A stretch of DNA of 64,000 bases from a virus. The position numbers were made by a program, and so were the translations under genes. Positions 22,568-33,580 of this stretch are shown here, piece after piece; within the stretch, counting starts at the first letter, position 1; each line of letters begins with the position of its first letter. The notes below the pieces were generated by a model, which was not told where the DNA came from, did no database searches, and saw nothing but the letters and a program-made list of their open reading frames with translations. The stretch lies in the IMG/VR virus record IMGVR_UViG_3300026320_000001, positions 1 through 64,000 of that record. One strand, given 5' to 3'.

Positions 22568-24165
22568 TGAATTGGGAAGAAACATCAAAACTAAGAAGTG
22601 ATGCTGGACTTTATTCGGAAAATATTGATAAAGATAAATTATTGGTTCTTATAAAAAATGCTTGTAATAAAAATGATAATGATGAAGAATTAAAGGATTT
22701 AATTCATCATTGGACATCTGACCATTATATGTGGTTTAAGACAGATAAATATGTTTATGAAATTTTCGGAAAAATTGGTAGAGATATAAGCCTTGAATTA
22801 AGTGAAAGCGGTAGTCAAAGTTGGTGGACTTGGTTCACAGAATGCATGGAAAAAATAACAAAAGAATTAAATTCTGATATTTTGAAAGAAAAATCAGAAG
22901 AAAAATTAAAATCAATAACAAGAGATTATGCCTTTATTATTGAAGGTTGGTTGGGGAATTCTTGGAATGTTTCTTTGGAAAACATGAAACCTACCGAAGA
23001 AAAAAATATTCAATTTATTCAAAGTCAACTTGTATTTATTCTTAGACATTTGAATTCAGTAAATCAAGATTATCCATATGATTATGATTAATAAAATTTT
23101 AGAAAGATTGGAATTAAAAAATGAATAAAAAATTACAAGAAAAAATTATAGAAAATTATGAATTTGCATTCAATAATTTTAATTTTTATAAAGTAAAAAT
23201 TGCAATGAATGCTTTAGATTGGCATTGGTCAACTGGCAAAGCCCCAACAATTAATGAAATGGAAGAGAATGTATATAGATTATTTCTACATGCTTTAAAT
23301 GGAAATTCCGGGTATTGTTCTTCCGGGGGTTTTGTTGTAGAAATTGAAGATGAACAAGTTTCAATTTATTTCAATATTGAAGAATCAATAAGTGTAGATA
23401 GTTAATAAAATGACAATTTTATAAAGGAATATAAATGGAAAAATTTCCAAGATATGAGATAGTAAAAATTGTGATGCTGGAAAGAAGGGGAGAACAATAT
23501 TTTAATTCGTGGAAAAATAAAGAGGACTTTGGCAGTTTATGGATTAGTGGAAGTGGTCTATATGAATTGATGGAAAATTGTAAAACTGATAGAGAAGCAG
23601 AAATTTTATTACACTATATTTTTTCTTTATCTGATAGTAAAGATGAACATGCTCATCAAACTTTAAATAACTTGTTGCTTATGCATTATCATTTACAAAA
23701 CAATGAAGATTTAGGATATAAAATAACATAAAGGAAAAGAATAATGGATATTGAATACATAATCAAAGAACCATGTCCAGAATGTAGGGGCGAATTAAAA
23801 TATTGGAATTCCAACTCTAATTATAGAGTTTTTTCTGGAATACAATGTACAAATTGTAATTATGCAACTAATAAAATTTCTATAAAAATTGAAGAAAAAT
23901 ATTCTAAAAAGAAACCTGTTAAAAATAAATCATCTAAAAAAATTGAAAAGGATGTTGTTATTCAATTGGTTGAATTGAGAATGTTTTTATCTGGCTATTT
24001 TATGGGTTTTATTCGAGATAAAAATTTTGATGACTTATCATTTGAATCAAAATACTTAAAGTTTTTAAATAAATTACCAAAAAAATTAATATACACAGAA
24101 AAAGAACTTGGTGATTTTGTTAAAAAACTAGATAAAATTTTATCAAGTGAAAAATATTTTATAAA

Positions 24166-24549
24166 ATGACAAATAAAAAATTTCCTCAAAATTTTGTAGG
24201 TATGCCCGCCGCTATTATGTTAGAAGAATTCGGTTCACAAGTTTGGAGTGCGTTTGGTACACCCCCATATTTAACCGGGTCGAGTCTTTATACTAAAAAA
24301 TGGAGAGATGTTGATGTGCGCCTCATATTATCAGACGAAGAATATGAACAATGGGGATTTGGTAATCCAATTCAATGTCATCAGAATGGTAAATGGGTTT
24401 CTTTATGTTTGGCATTTTCTGCATTAGGAAAACAAATAACATCATTGCCCATTGATTTTCAGATTCAACAAAGAAGTAAAGCTAATAGAGATTTTAAAAA
24501 TGCTAGATTTTCATTAGGAAATATTGATTTGAGGATAATAAAAAAATGA
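24166..24549 (+). CDS. Minimal pol-beta-family nucleotidyltransferase
   Basis: YLTGSS...WRDVDVR...PIDFQ. Confidence 0.6.
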   Translation: MTNKKFPQNFVGMPAAIMLEEFGSQVWSAFGTPPYLTGSSLYTKKWRDVDVRLILSDEEYEQWGFGNPIQCHQNGKWVSLCLAFSALGKQITSLPIDFQIQQRSKANRDFKNARFSLGNIDLRIIKK

Positions 24550-24956
24550 AAAATAAAAAAATTGACCCAAAATATATTGGTGTTCCAAATATTCAATTTT
24601 CTTTAATTTCTAAAAATGATGATAGAGAAAAAGAGTTTTCCAAACAAAGAATAGAGCGTGGCTTTGATAGTAGTGAAATATGGAGTCTGAGAGATACAAT
24701 TGCAAATTTTATTATTCCCCGATTGTCTTTTTATATTGAAAACATAGAAAGACTTGGTTCATCTCATGGAAATGCAAGCAATAAAGAAGAAGTGATAGCC
24801 TTGAAAAAAATTCTTAGAATGTTTGAATTAACCGCTAGAAATAATGGTTCTTTTATTCTAACCAAAGATGAAGAAAAAGAATTTGAAGAAGGAATTCTTT
24901 TGTTTCCTGAATGGTATTTATCAATGTGGACATAGTTTTATAAAAGGAAAATATAA

Positions 24957-25709
24957 ATGCTAATTAAAGATGATGTTTTACATATTTTAAAAAATTCAAT
25001 AGTTGATGAAGTTGAAAATATTTTATATCTCCCCAAAATTCAATTAGATAGAAAACTCTATGTAGATGTAAATAAAGTTCTTGAATCTATTGGTGGGGCA
25101 TGGAATAAAAAAATAAAAGGCCATGTTTTTGATAGTAATCCATCGGATATATTGGATGAAATAATTAATACGGGAAATTGGACTGATAAGAAAAAAGAAT
25201 ATCAATTTTTCAGAACACCAAAACATATTGTAAAACAAATGATTAAACTTTCTAATATTAATAAAACTGATGTTTTATTAGAACCATCTGCTGGTGATGG
25301 TGCAATTTTAGAAGAATTTCCAAAAGAAAATTCTTATTGGGCTTTTGAGTTGATGCCAGAAAATTGTGAAATTTTAAAATCAAAAGGATTTGTTGTTCAT
25401 GGAAATGATTTTATTGAAGCAGAAGAATTAAATGCAAAAAGTTTTGATAAAATTATTATGAATCCTCCTTTTACCAGACAACAAGATGTTCAACATATTT
25501 TTCATGCTTGGAAATATTATTTAAAAACTGGTGGTCGTTTAGTTTCGATTGTTTCTGAATCTCCATTTTTTAGAGAAAATAAACTAAGTCAAGAATTTAG
25601 AAAATGGCTTGATGATAACAATTCTAAGGTAATTGATTTAAATCCCGGAGATTTTAAAGAATCTGGAACAATGGTTAAAACAAGAATTATTATTGTGGAT
25701 AAATTATAA
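24957..25709 (+). CDS. Orphan N6-adenine DNA methyltransferase
   Basis: LEPSAGDG SAM-binding motif and IMNPPF catalytic motif. Confidence 0.82.
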   Translation: MLIKDDVLHILKNSIVDEVENILYLPKIQLDRKLYVDVNKVLESIGGAWNKKIKGHVFDSNPSDILDEIINTGNWTDKKKEYQFFRTPKHIVKQMIKLSNINKTDVLLEPSAGDGAILEEFPKENSYWAFELMPENCEILKSKGFVVHGNDFIEAEELNAKSFDKIIMNPPFTRQQDVQHIFHAWKYYLKTGGRLVSIVSESPFFRENKLSQEFRKWLDDNNSKVIDLNPGDFKESGTMVKTRIIIVDKL

Positions 25710-26202
25710 TATGTTAATTATAACAGTTTTATTTATTTTATTTTGGGGTTTATTTGGAATAGGAGTTGGTTGGGCTTTATGGGAGAATTTCAAAAGAGAT
25801 ACAGCCATATTTGCCGGTATTTTGATGTGGCCTTTTTATTTAGCATACTATTTGATGAAGCATTTATTTTATGGGAAACATTATTAATATGAAACTTGAA
25901 ATCCCACAAGATACAATTGTAATTCGTAAAATCAATTTACGTGATAAAACAAAGGGTCAATGGCATATATTTACAAAATCAAATAGTAATGGATTTACTG
26001 AAAAAAATGTTCCAGATTATCCGAATTGGTGGAATTCCAAGAGTCATCATACTTTATGCGGAAAATATTTTGATGACCGTAAATCAGAATATGGATTTTT
26101 ATTTGATTATAGTATTGAATTTGCTACTGTTACAGAAATTAAGAAAATTTGTCCCTCTTGCTGGCCTTATCAAAAGACCCAAAAATAAGTATAAAATAAC
26201 CC

Positions 26203-26231
26203 TTGACAAAATGCTCCTCTTATGATAAAAT
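26203..26231 (+). promoter_or_regulatory. sigma70-type promoter
   Basis: TTGACA-17bp-TAAAAT with extended TG. Confidence 0.7.
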
Positions 26232-26298
26232 ACCTATTAAATAAGGTATTCATAAAAGGAGTGTTTTATTTACTCCACCATATAAAAAGGAGAAAATT

Positions 26299-27336
26299 AT
26301 GCCCGCTAATATAATGGATAATGATAAGGTTGTTCTTTCAGGTGATGAACCAGCTTGGCATGGATTGGGTGAATATTTTGAAATTCCAATTTCTGCCGAA
26401 AAGGCTCATGATGAAATGGGTGGAAGTTTTACTCTCTATCAAAAGCCAGTTGGTGTACAATTTGATGATGGAGAATTTATTGAAGTTCCAAAGTCATTTG
26501 CAATTGTGCGTGGTGAAACAAATAAGGATAACCGTAAGTTGGTTTTTGGATATACAACTGACCATTATACAGTCATTCAACCAATTGATATTATAAAAAA
26601 GTTTGATGAACGTGTTGGGGTTTCAATTTCAAGTTTAGGTTTTATTCAAGATGGTCGTAAAATGTTTTTGTCTTGGAAACTTCCTTCTTTTGAAGTTGTA
26701 AAGGGTGATGAAATAAAATTGTACGGTTGTTTGTTAGTTGGATATGATAAGATATTTTCAAGTCGTATCAATATTGGAACAATTCGTATTGTCTGTGAAA
26801 ATACTTTTATGGCTAATATGAATGAAGCTGAACAAGAAAATAAAAGTAATCGTGGTCGTGGAACAATCTATTCCGGCAAGCATTCTAATTCAAAATTACT
26901 TTTTGAATTGGGAGAATGGATGAATCATATTCAAGGAAATGCTGAAAAAGAACAAGCTTTACTACAATCATTTTTTAAGAATTTGGTCAATAAACCAATT
27001 AAACATGAAAAGCAAGCGCAAGATTTAATTTATACTGCATGGCCTGACCCTGCTCCATTTAATCCAGATTCAATTCCTTTGGCTTTACATGATAAGGAAC
27101 AAGGTAAAATTGATTTAAAGGCCGCAAGAGTTGAAAAAATTCGTAATGGTGTATATGATTTATACACTGGTAGCGAAGGAATTGCTATTGATGAAAATTA
27201 TTATGGACTCTTCAATGCTTGCACACAATATTTCAACCATAAAATGATTTCAAAAAAGGATGATGCATTTTCAATTTCATGGGGTGGTCGTTCGGCTGAA
27301 ATGAATATGTTTGCTGAAGTATTAAAGAATAATTAA
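26299..27336 (+). CDS. DUF932 family phage/plasmid protein
   Basis: PAWHGLG, YTVIQP, IRIVCENT, YGLFNACTQYFNH. Confidence 0.8.
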   Translation: MPANIMDNDKVVLSGDEPAWHGLGEYFEIPISAEKAHDEMGGSFTLYQKPVGVQFDDGEFIEVPKSFAIVRGETNKDNRKLVFGYTTDHYTVIQPIDIIKKFDERVGVSISSLGFIQDGRKMFLSWKLPSFEVVKGDEIKLYGCLLVGYDKIFSSRINIGTIRIVCENTFMANMNEAEQENKSNRGRGTIYSGKHSNSKLLFELGEWMNHIQGNAEKEQALLQSFFKNLVNKPIKHEKQAQDLIYTAWPDPAPFNPDSIPLALHDKEQGKIDLKAARVEKIRNGVYDLYTGSEGIAIDENYYGLFNACTQYFNHKMISKKDDAFSISWGGRSAEMNMFAEVLKNN

Positions 27337-27341
27337 TTATA

Positions 27342-27376
27342 GATTTAGAGCCTGTTGAGACATACAGGCTCTAAAT
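27342..27376 (+). terminator. Hairpin terminator between DUF932 and recombinase
   Basis: ATTTAGAGCCTGT / ACAGGCTCTAAAT inverted repeat. Confidence 0.7.
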
Positions 27377-27382
27377 TGCCTC

Positions 27383-27411
27383 TTGACAAAATAATCATAA
27401 TCTGCTATAAT
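27383..27411 (+). promoter_or_regulatory. sigma70-type promoter of the recombinase
   Basis: TTGACA-17bp-TATAAT with extended TG. Confidence 0.82.
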
Positions 27412-27433
27412 GTATATATCAATCTAAGAAAGG

Positions 27434-28282
27434 ATGATAAACATGTTTCCAGAATATCAAGAATTTTTTAATTCAAAATCAGATAAAAGTATTCACACTC
27501 TACGCTCATATCATCAAAACATTGATTCTTTTATTAGTGCTTTGAAAATTAAGAAAGTAAAAGATTTGGAAAAAGTATCTGCTGGTACATTGCGTACTTA
27601 TCGTGATTCTTTGAAAATTTCAAATGCTTCAAAAAATACTTGGACTCGTGTTTTATCATCTTTCTTTAGTTTTATGAATGAACAAGAATATATTGATTTC
27701 AATGTTTTTGATAAGGTAAAATATCTTTCTCTTACTGAAAAAGAAAAAACAATCAATATGCCAACACAAGATGAAATTAAAATGATTATTGAATCTTGTG
27801 AAAACAAAACTACAAAATTGATGTTGAATATTATGTCACGTATTGCTTTACGTCGTGATGAATTATCAAAAATCCAAATTAAAGATATTGACGCTGATGG
27901 TCGTATTATTATTCATGGAAAAGGAAGCAAAATTAGAATGGTGAAACTTCCTTTGGATATTTTTGAAACAATTAAGGCTCATATTAAAAATAAACGTGTA
28001 AAGTCAGAATATCTATTTAGCTATGATGGTCATAAAATTACGGGCGATGCAATTTATATCCGTATTAATGGATTTATTGAAACCTTGAATATTTCTGATG
28101 AACGTAAAAAGGCAATTGCACATCCTCATGCTCTACGTCATCGTGCATTGACCACCACTTACAACGTAACTAAAGACCCATATGCTGTAAAGAATTTGGC
28201 TGGTCATTCCAATTTAGCTATTGGCGAAAGATATATTCATGCTGAATCAAATATTTATGATGATGTTACGGAGAATTTGTAG
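27434..28282 (+). CDS. Tyrosine recombinase, XerC/D-like
   Basis: Core-binding N-domain (KSIHTLRSY); catalytic LRRDEL, HGKGSK, HPHALRH, LAGH, RYIH; no arm-binding domain. Confidence 0.92.
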   Translation: MINMFPEYQEFFNSKSDKSIHTLRSYHQNIDSFISALKIKKVKDLEKVSAGTLRTYRDSLKISNASKNTWTRVLSSFFSFMNEQEYIDFNVFDKVKYLSLTEKEKTINMPTQDEIKMIIESCENKTTKLMLNIMSRIALRRDELSKIQIKDIDADGRIIIHGKGSKIRMVKLPLDIFETIKAHIKNKRVKSEYLFSYDGHKITGDAIYIRINGFIETLNISDERKKAIAHPHALRHRALTTTYNVTKDPYAVKNLAGHSNLAIGERYIHAESNIYDDVTENL

Positions 28283-28288
28283 AAACAA

Positions 28289-28603
28289 ATGAAATATAAT
28301 ATTGAAATAAATCACTATACAGTAGCTTTTACTTTGATAACAATTTATGATTTTGTTTCTACATATTTATTTGTTCATTATCATACCAGTGTTGAATCAA
28401 ATCTTCTCGTTAATGCTTTTGGTTGGATACCAGCAATTACAATAAAAGTAATTTTAAGTATTGTTGTTTTGGCTTTATTGTCCAATAATAAAATAATGAG
28501 ATATGAAAAATTAGGTTTTGTATATGGCTTAGGATTTTTAATTGTCTTTTTTAATTCAGTTCCAGCCATGCAAGCAATAAAAATTATTCTTGGTTATGGA
28601 TAA
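28289..28603 (+). CDS. Small membrane protein (DUF5658-like)
   Basis: DFVSTY...ESNLL pattern and three hydrophobic segments. Confidence 0.55.
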   Translation: MKYNIEINHYTVAFTLITIYDFVSTYLFVHYHTSVESNLLVNAFGWIPAITIKVILSIVVLALLSNNKIMRYEKLGFVYGLGFLIVFFNSVPAMQAIKIILGYG

Positions 28604-29525
28604 AATAGTAATTTTATAAAGAGGAACAAAATGGATATAAATATTTATTCTTGGCATCCAGAACCAACAAATATATTAACTAAAAATGGTTATATAAAAA
28701 TAGATAATTCTTCAGTAGGTTGTATCTTTGTGTCGCCTTTTGAAAATAAAAATCTTCAAATACTCATTGAAGATTTGACAGAAATTGGATTATATGTTAT
28801 GATATTTCCTGAATATAAAAAAACAAATACTATTCATGTTGATACAAGAATGTTTAAACAGAGATAAAAATTATAAACAAGAGGAGTCTAAAATGGGACG
28901 AAAAGCAGGAAGTAAAAATAAGGTCAAAGAACCAATTTCTGTTGAAAAATCTTATGAAGAACTTACTGAAAAAAAGACAAAAGAAAAAGAAGTTTACACT
29001 TTCAAGTTAGATATTCCAAAGGTAAGAAATATCTCTGCTCTATCTGGTTACATTGAAAACTTCAATGGAAAAACCTATTCTAGTGCTATGCAAAATGCTT
29101 TTGATTGGGCAAAGCAATATGATATTACATTGATTAATTATTTTGAACAAGAATATCCCGGTGGTTCTATTCTTGTAGGATATGAAAGATAAAAGAGGAA
29201 AAATTGAAAGACCCAAAAGAAAATAAAATCGAAATTGATATAAATTGTTATTGTGGATGTGGAGTATTGGAAATCGGACAATGGATTGATGAAGATGGTG
29301 ATTTTGGGGATGTGACAATTTCACATAAAACTCGTTCTTGGGAAGCATATTCTTGGAGTCCATTAAATATTATTAAAAGACGTTTCAATATGATTTGGAA
29401 TATTTTAATTGGAAAAGAATATTATTTTTATGAAGTTTTAATTCAAAACAAATCAGAACTTAGAAAATTAAAAGAATTTGTAAATAGTCTTCATGAAGAT
29501 AAACTACCATATGATTAGGTGAAAA

Positions 29526-29966
29526 ATGAATGAAAAAGAATTACTTGAACAAGCTTGGTCAATTGCAGAACAATGTCACAATGGACAGCTATATGGAACT
29601 GAACCATATTTGTATCATATTCAGAGGGTTTATAATCGTGTTGATAAATTGAAGTGGTCTATGTTTGGAGACAGAATTGTTTCTGTGTTGCATGACGTTG
29701 TTGAGGATTCAAATTATTCATTCAAAGAAATTGAAAGAATATTTGGAAATCAAATTTATGTTGCTGTTTTTGCAATCACGAGAAGCCCTGAATTAGAAAC
29801 CTATGAAGAATATATTTATAGAGTTTCAAGAAATATGATTGCAAGAAATGTAAAGGCTTGTGATTTATTGGATAACTTATCTAATTGTTATCGTCAACCT
29901 AATCAATATGGTCATTTAATAAATAGATATGAAAATGCATTGATTGAATTAGCATCAGGAGGTTGA
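29526..29966 (+). CDS. Stand-alone HD-domain hydrolase, RelA/SpoT-hydrolase (Mesh1/SAH)-like
   Basis: HNGQ..PYLYH, LHDVVED, VKACDLLDN. Confidence 0.8.
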   Translation: MNEKELLEQAWSIAEQCHNGQLYGTEPYLYHIQRVYNRVDKLKWSMFGDRIVSVLHDVVEDSNYSFKEIERIFGNQIYVAVFAITRSPELETYEEYIYRVSRNMIARNVKACDLLDNLSNCYRQPNQYGHLINRYENALIELASGG

Positions 29967-31524
29967 TATGATACCAGTTGGTCATATATCAACATTACAG
30001 TTGATGGAAAATGATTGGATGATATATCAATATTTCTTGAAAAATAAAAAGAAAATTCGTATTGTAGGATTTGGAAGAAATAAAAAAGAAGCACTTGATG
30101 ATTTCAATTATGAATTACAATTAGAAAAGGAAAATATAACATGACAAAAATGACTAAGAAAGAATTTCTAAAATTTTTTGAAATTGATATTCCAGTTATT
30201 GAAGGCAATCCAAATGAACATACTCATGCAACCAGAAAGAATCATGTTCATAAAATTGGAAAAAGTCCTCGTCCTCGTTTTCCAAAATTGATTGCTCATC
30301 CACAACCAAAAGTTCTTGGAAAAAATATTAATAAATCAATTGAATAAAATATGATTTTAGCTAAATGTATGGGATGTGGAAATATTCATCAATATTATAG
30401 ATTTTCATGTAAACAAATGAAGTTAATGCAAGCACCCATGTATGTTTTATGGTGTGAAAATTGTGGAACACGAATGCATGAACCATTTCAAACAGGATTA
30501 ATAGAAAGTATTAAAATTTGGTTTAAAAATTTAAGGATAATATGAAAAGTTATTTTCAAGAAATTATTGATGGTGAAATAGTTTGGCAAGAGGAATATAA
30601 AGGATATACTTTATATGTTATAAAAACAGATAGTTATGATTATGTTTCTAGCTATTATACAGAAATTTATGGTGGTGGTTGGGGAAAAAATCAGGATGGT
30701 ATTAAAAGCATTGAAAAGGCAAAAAGGATATGTTTTAATATGGCTGATTGGGATATTAAATTTCAATACAAATTAAAATTTGCTCGTGCGGCACATGATG
30801 CAATTATGGATGTCGAATAATATGGGAAAAAGAATTTTTGATTTTAGTTTCAATGTATATGGTAAAATTGAAGTAGATGATGATGTAATTAATGTTGTAG
30901 ATGATGCATGGCGTAAAGAATTATATGACCTAGAAACTCCAGAAGAAATAATTGAAATGATTGCACGTTGTATGTTACAAGGCGCGGATTTATCAAGTCT
31001 TGATGGATGGGCTAATCAACCAGATAAAAACGCAAGAATTATTGATAAAAATTGGGAGTTGGATGAGATTAATGAATTAAATCCAGAAGATTAATAAAAT
31101 AAAAGAAAAATTTGAAAGGAATAAATATGAATCACTTGGATATTTTTGGAATTTTTATAGCTGGTATTGGTTTTGGAATTGGAGTTTTTAATATAATTAA
31201 TTCCTATATTTTAAATATAAAAAAGAATTTTTTACATGAATTTTCATTGATTATTGTATGTGGTTTTGTTTTTGCTGTTGTTTTTATGTCAAATTAATAA
31301 AACAATAGTTTTATAAAGGAAAAAAATATGGCAACAACTTTTGATAATAAAAATACAGAATCCCTAATATTAATGCTACAATATCTTGTTGAACTTTTGG
31401 ATAATCAATTGCATGGCGGTAGTTTTAATATGGAAGAAAAAGAAGTTAAAATTTTAAGAAACAAAGTAATTGCAAGCATAGAAAATTTACAAGAATAATA
31501 ACAAAAACCGTCAAAATTTACCCC

Positions 31525-31553
31525 TTGACGGTTTATTATTTTAATGGTATAAT
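31525..31553 (+). promoter_or_regulatory. sigma70-type promoter of the rnl1-pnk operon
   Basis: TTGACG-17bp-TATAAT with extended TG; -35 lies in an AAACCGTCAA/TTGACGGTTT inverted repeat. Confidence 0.7.
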
Positions 31554-31574
31554 CAATGAAAATAAGGAGAGAAT

Positions 31575-32669
31575 ATGGAACTAGAATTACTTGCTTTTAT
31601 CAAACATAATCCTGATTGGAAAACAATTCTTCAGGAAAAACCATATGGAATAACTATCAAAGAAAAAAATGGTTATATTCTCTTTATGTACAGTCAAATT
31701 GAAAGTGATTTCAAATTATCTTTAGTACGTGAATGTCGTGGTTTGATTTTACGTGAAAAAGATTTAAAACCTGTTTGTATGGCTTTCAAAAAATTCGGAA
31801 ATTATGGTGAAAGTTATGTTCCCGATATTGACTGGTCAAATGTTAAAGTACAAGAAAAAGCTGACGGTTCGATAATTAAATTGTGGTTTGATAATAATGA
31901 ATGGCATGTTTCTACAAATGGAACAATTGATGCATCTGATGCTTCACTATCAGAAAATTCAATGTTAATAGATGGATGTATTTATAAAAATTATTCTGAA
32001 TTATTTCATAGTGTTTTTCCACAAAATTTATATTATGATGTTTTGAATATTGATTTATGCTATATCTTTGAATTAGTTTCAAATTTTAATAGAGTTGTGA
32101 TTCCTTATAATGAAACAGCATTGTACCATATTGGCACTAGAAATATGAAAACCCTAGAAGAATTAGACATTGACATTGGAATTAAAAAACCAAAATTATA
32201 TAATTTAACTTCATTAGAAGAAATTTTAGAAATAGTAAAAAAATTACCATTCAATGATGAAGGATATGTTATTTTAGACAAATTTTGGAATAGATTAAAA
32301 ATAAAATCATTAGCATATATTTCTGCTCATCATTTAAAAAATAATGGTGTTGTTACAAAGAATCGTGTTCTTGATATGATTAGAACCGGCGAACAATCTG
32401 AGTTTCTTAATTATTATCCAGAATATCAAGAAATTTTTAATGAAGTCCAAAATAAAATTAATAAACTTTTGGTATCCATTGAACATGATTATATTCTTTT
32501 CAAAAACAGAAAATTTGAAGATAGAAAAGAAATGGCATTATGGGTAAATCAAACTGTTTGTCCGTCTGCTATATATAGTTTATATGATAAAAAAGTATCA
32601 GATGTAAATAGTTTTGTTTTCGGATTAACTAATGAGCGTTTATTGAAAATGATTGGAGAAAAAGAATGA
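31575..32669 (+). CDS. T4 Rnl1-like RNA ligase
   Basis: RECRGLI, FKKFGNYGE, QEKADGS, FEL, EGYV, KIKS motifs. Confidence 0.88.
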   Translation: MELELLAFIKHNPDWKTILQEKPYGITIKEKNGYILFMYSQIESDFKLSLVRECRGLILREKDLKPVCMAFKKFGNYGESYVPDIDWSNVKVQEKADGSIIKLWFDNNEWHVSTNGTIDASDASLSENSMLIDGCIYKNYSELFHSVFPQNLYYDVLNIDLCYIFELVSNFNRVVIPYNETALYHIGTRNMKTLEELDIDIGIKKPKLYNLTSLEEILEIVKKLPFNDEGYVILDKFWNRLKIKSLAYISAHHLKNNGVVTKNRVLDMIRTGEQSEFLNYYPEYQEIFNEVQNKINKLLVSIEHDYILFKNRKFEDRKEMALWVNQTVCPSAIYSLYDKKVSDVNSFVFGLTNERLLKMIGEKE

Positions 32670-33580
32670 CTGAACTAAGATTTCTTGTTGGAATTCCTGC
32701 AAGTGGAAAATCTACTTTTGCAAAAGAGATTTTAAAAGATAATAATTATGTTCTTGTTTCATCGGATTCATATCGTGAAAAAATTTATGGTTCGGAAGAA
32801 ATTCAAGGAAATAAAAATGAACTTTTTGAAATTATCAATAAAGATATTATTCAATATCTTATGGATGGTAAATCTGTAATTTTTGATGCGACAAATATAG
32901 ATTTAAAAAAGAGAATGGAATTAATAAAAAAAATAAATTCAAAAGTTTCAGATATTTATATAACAGCACAAGTTGTTGCAACCCAATATAAAATCTGCTT
33001 GGAAAACAACAGGAAACGGACACGTTTCGTCCCCGAATTCGTTATTAAGCGCATGTATGAAAATTTTACTTTTCCTCAAAATTTTGAAGGTATTCACAAT
33101 GTCTTTATTCGGTATGATTATGATAAATATGATTATCGTCAAGAATGGCTTGAAGAACTAATGGATGATTTCAACCAAGATAATCCCCATCATAGTTCTA
33201 CGCTTGGTCAGCACACACTTAAGGTTTTTGAAAATATTTTGACTGTTGCTCCCGATAATCATAGATTGCAATTGGCCGCTAAATTTCACGATATAGGAAA
33301 ATTATATACAAAGACTTATAAAGATTCAAAAGGAAATCAGAAAGATTTTGCCAGTTATTATAATCATGAGCAAGTTTCGACATATGAATCTATGTTTTAT
33401 CTTAAAGAAAAAAATATTCAAAATTTTGATATGTTCTATATTCTTGGATTGATTCAATTTCATATGAGGTTATATGGAATCAATTCTGATAAAAGCAGAG
33501 ATAAACTTATAAATCTCATTGGTAGACAAATGTATGAAGATTTAATTTTATTAAATGATGCAGATAAAAATGGAAAATAA
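32666..33580 (+). CDS. Polynucleotide kinase fused to HD domain (RNA end healing)
   Basis: GIPASGKST P-loop, SSD, DATN, RxR; C-terminal HH...H...FHDIGK...H...HM...D. Confidence 0.85.
   Translation: MTELRFLVGIPASGKSTFAKEILKDNNYVLVSSDSYREKIYGSEEIQGNKNELFEIINKDIIQYLMDGKSVIFDATNIDLKKRMELIKKINSKVSDIYITAQVVATQYKICLENNRKRTRFVPEFVIKRMYENFTFPQNFEGIHNVFIRYDYDKYDYRQEWLEELMDDFNQDNPHHSSTLGQHTLKVFENILTVAPDNHRLQLAAKFHDIGKLYTKTYKDSKGNQKDFASYYNHEQVSTYESMFYLKEKNIQNFDMFYILGLIQFHMRLYGINSDKSRDKLINLIGRQMYEDLILLNDADKNGK

Noticed and set aside
24957-25709. Complete restriction-modification system
   Set aside because: No adjacent endonuclease or specificity gene; it looks like an orphan methyltransferase
27434-28282. 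Classical integron integrase with attC cassettes
   Set aside because: No IntI-specific insertion is evident, and no RYYYAAC...GTTRRRY attC hairpins were noticed at gene ends
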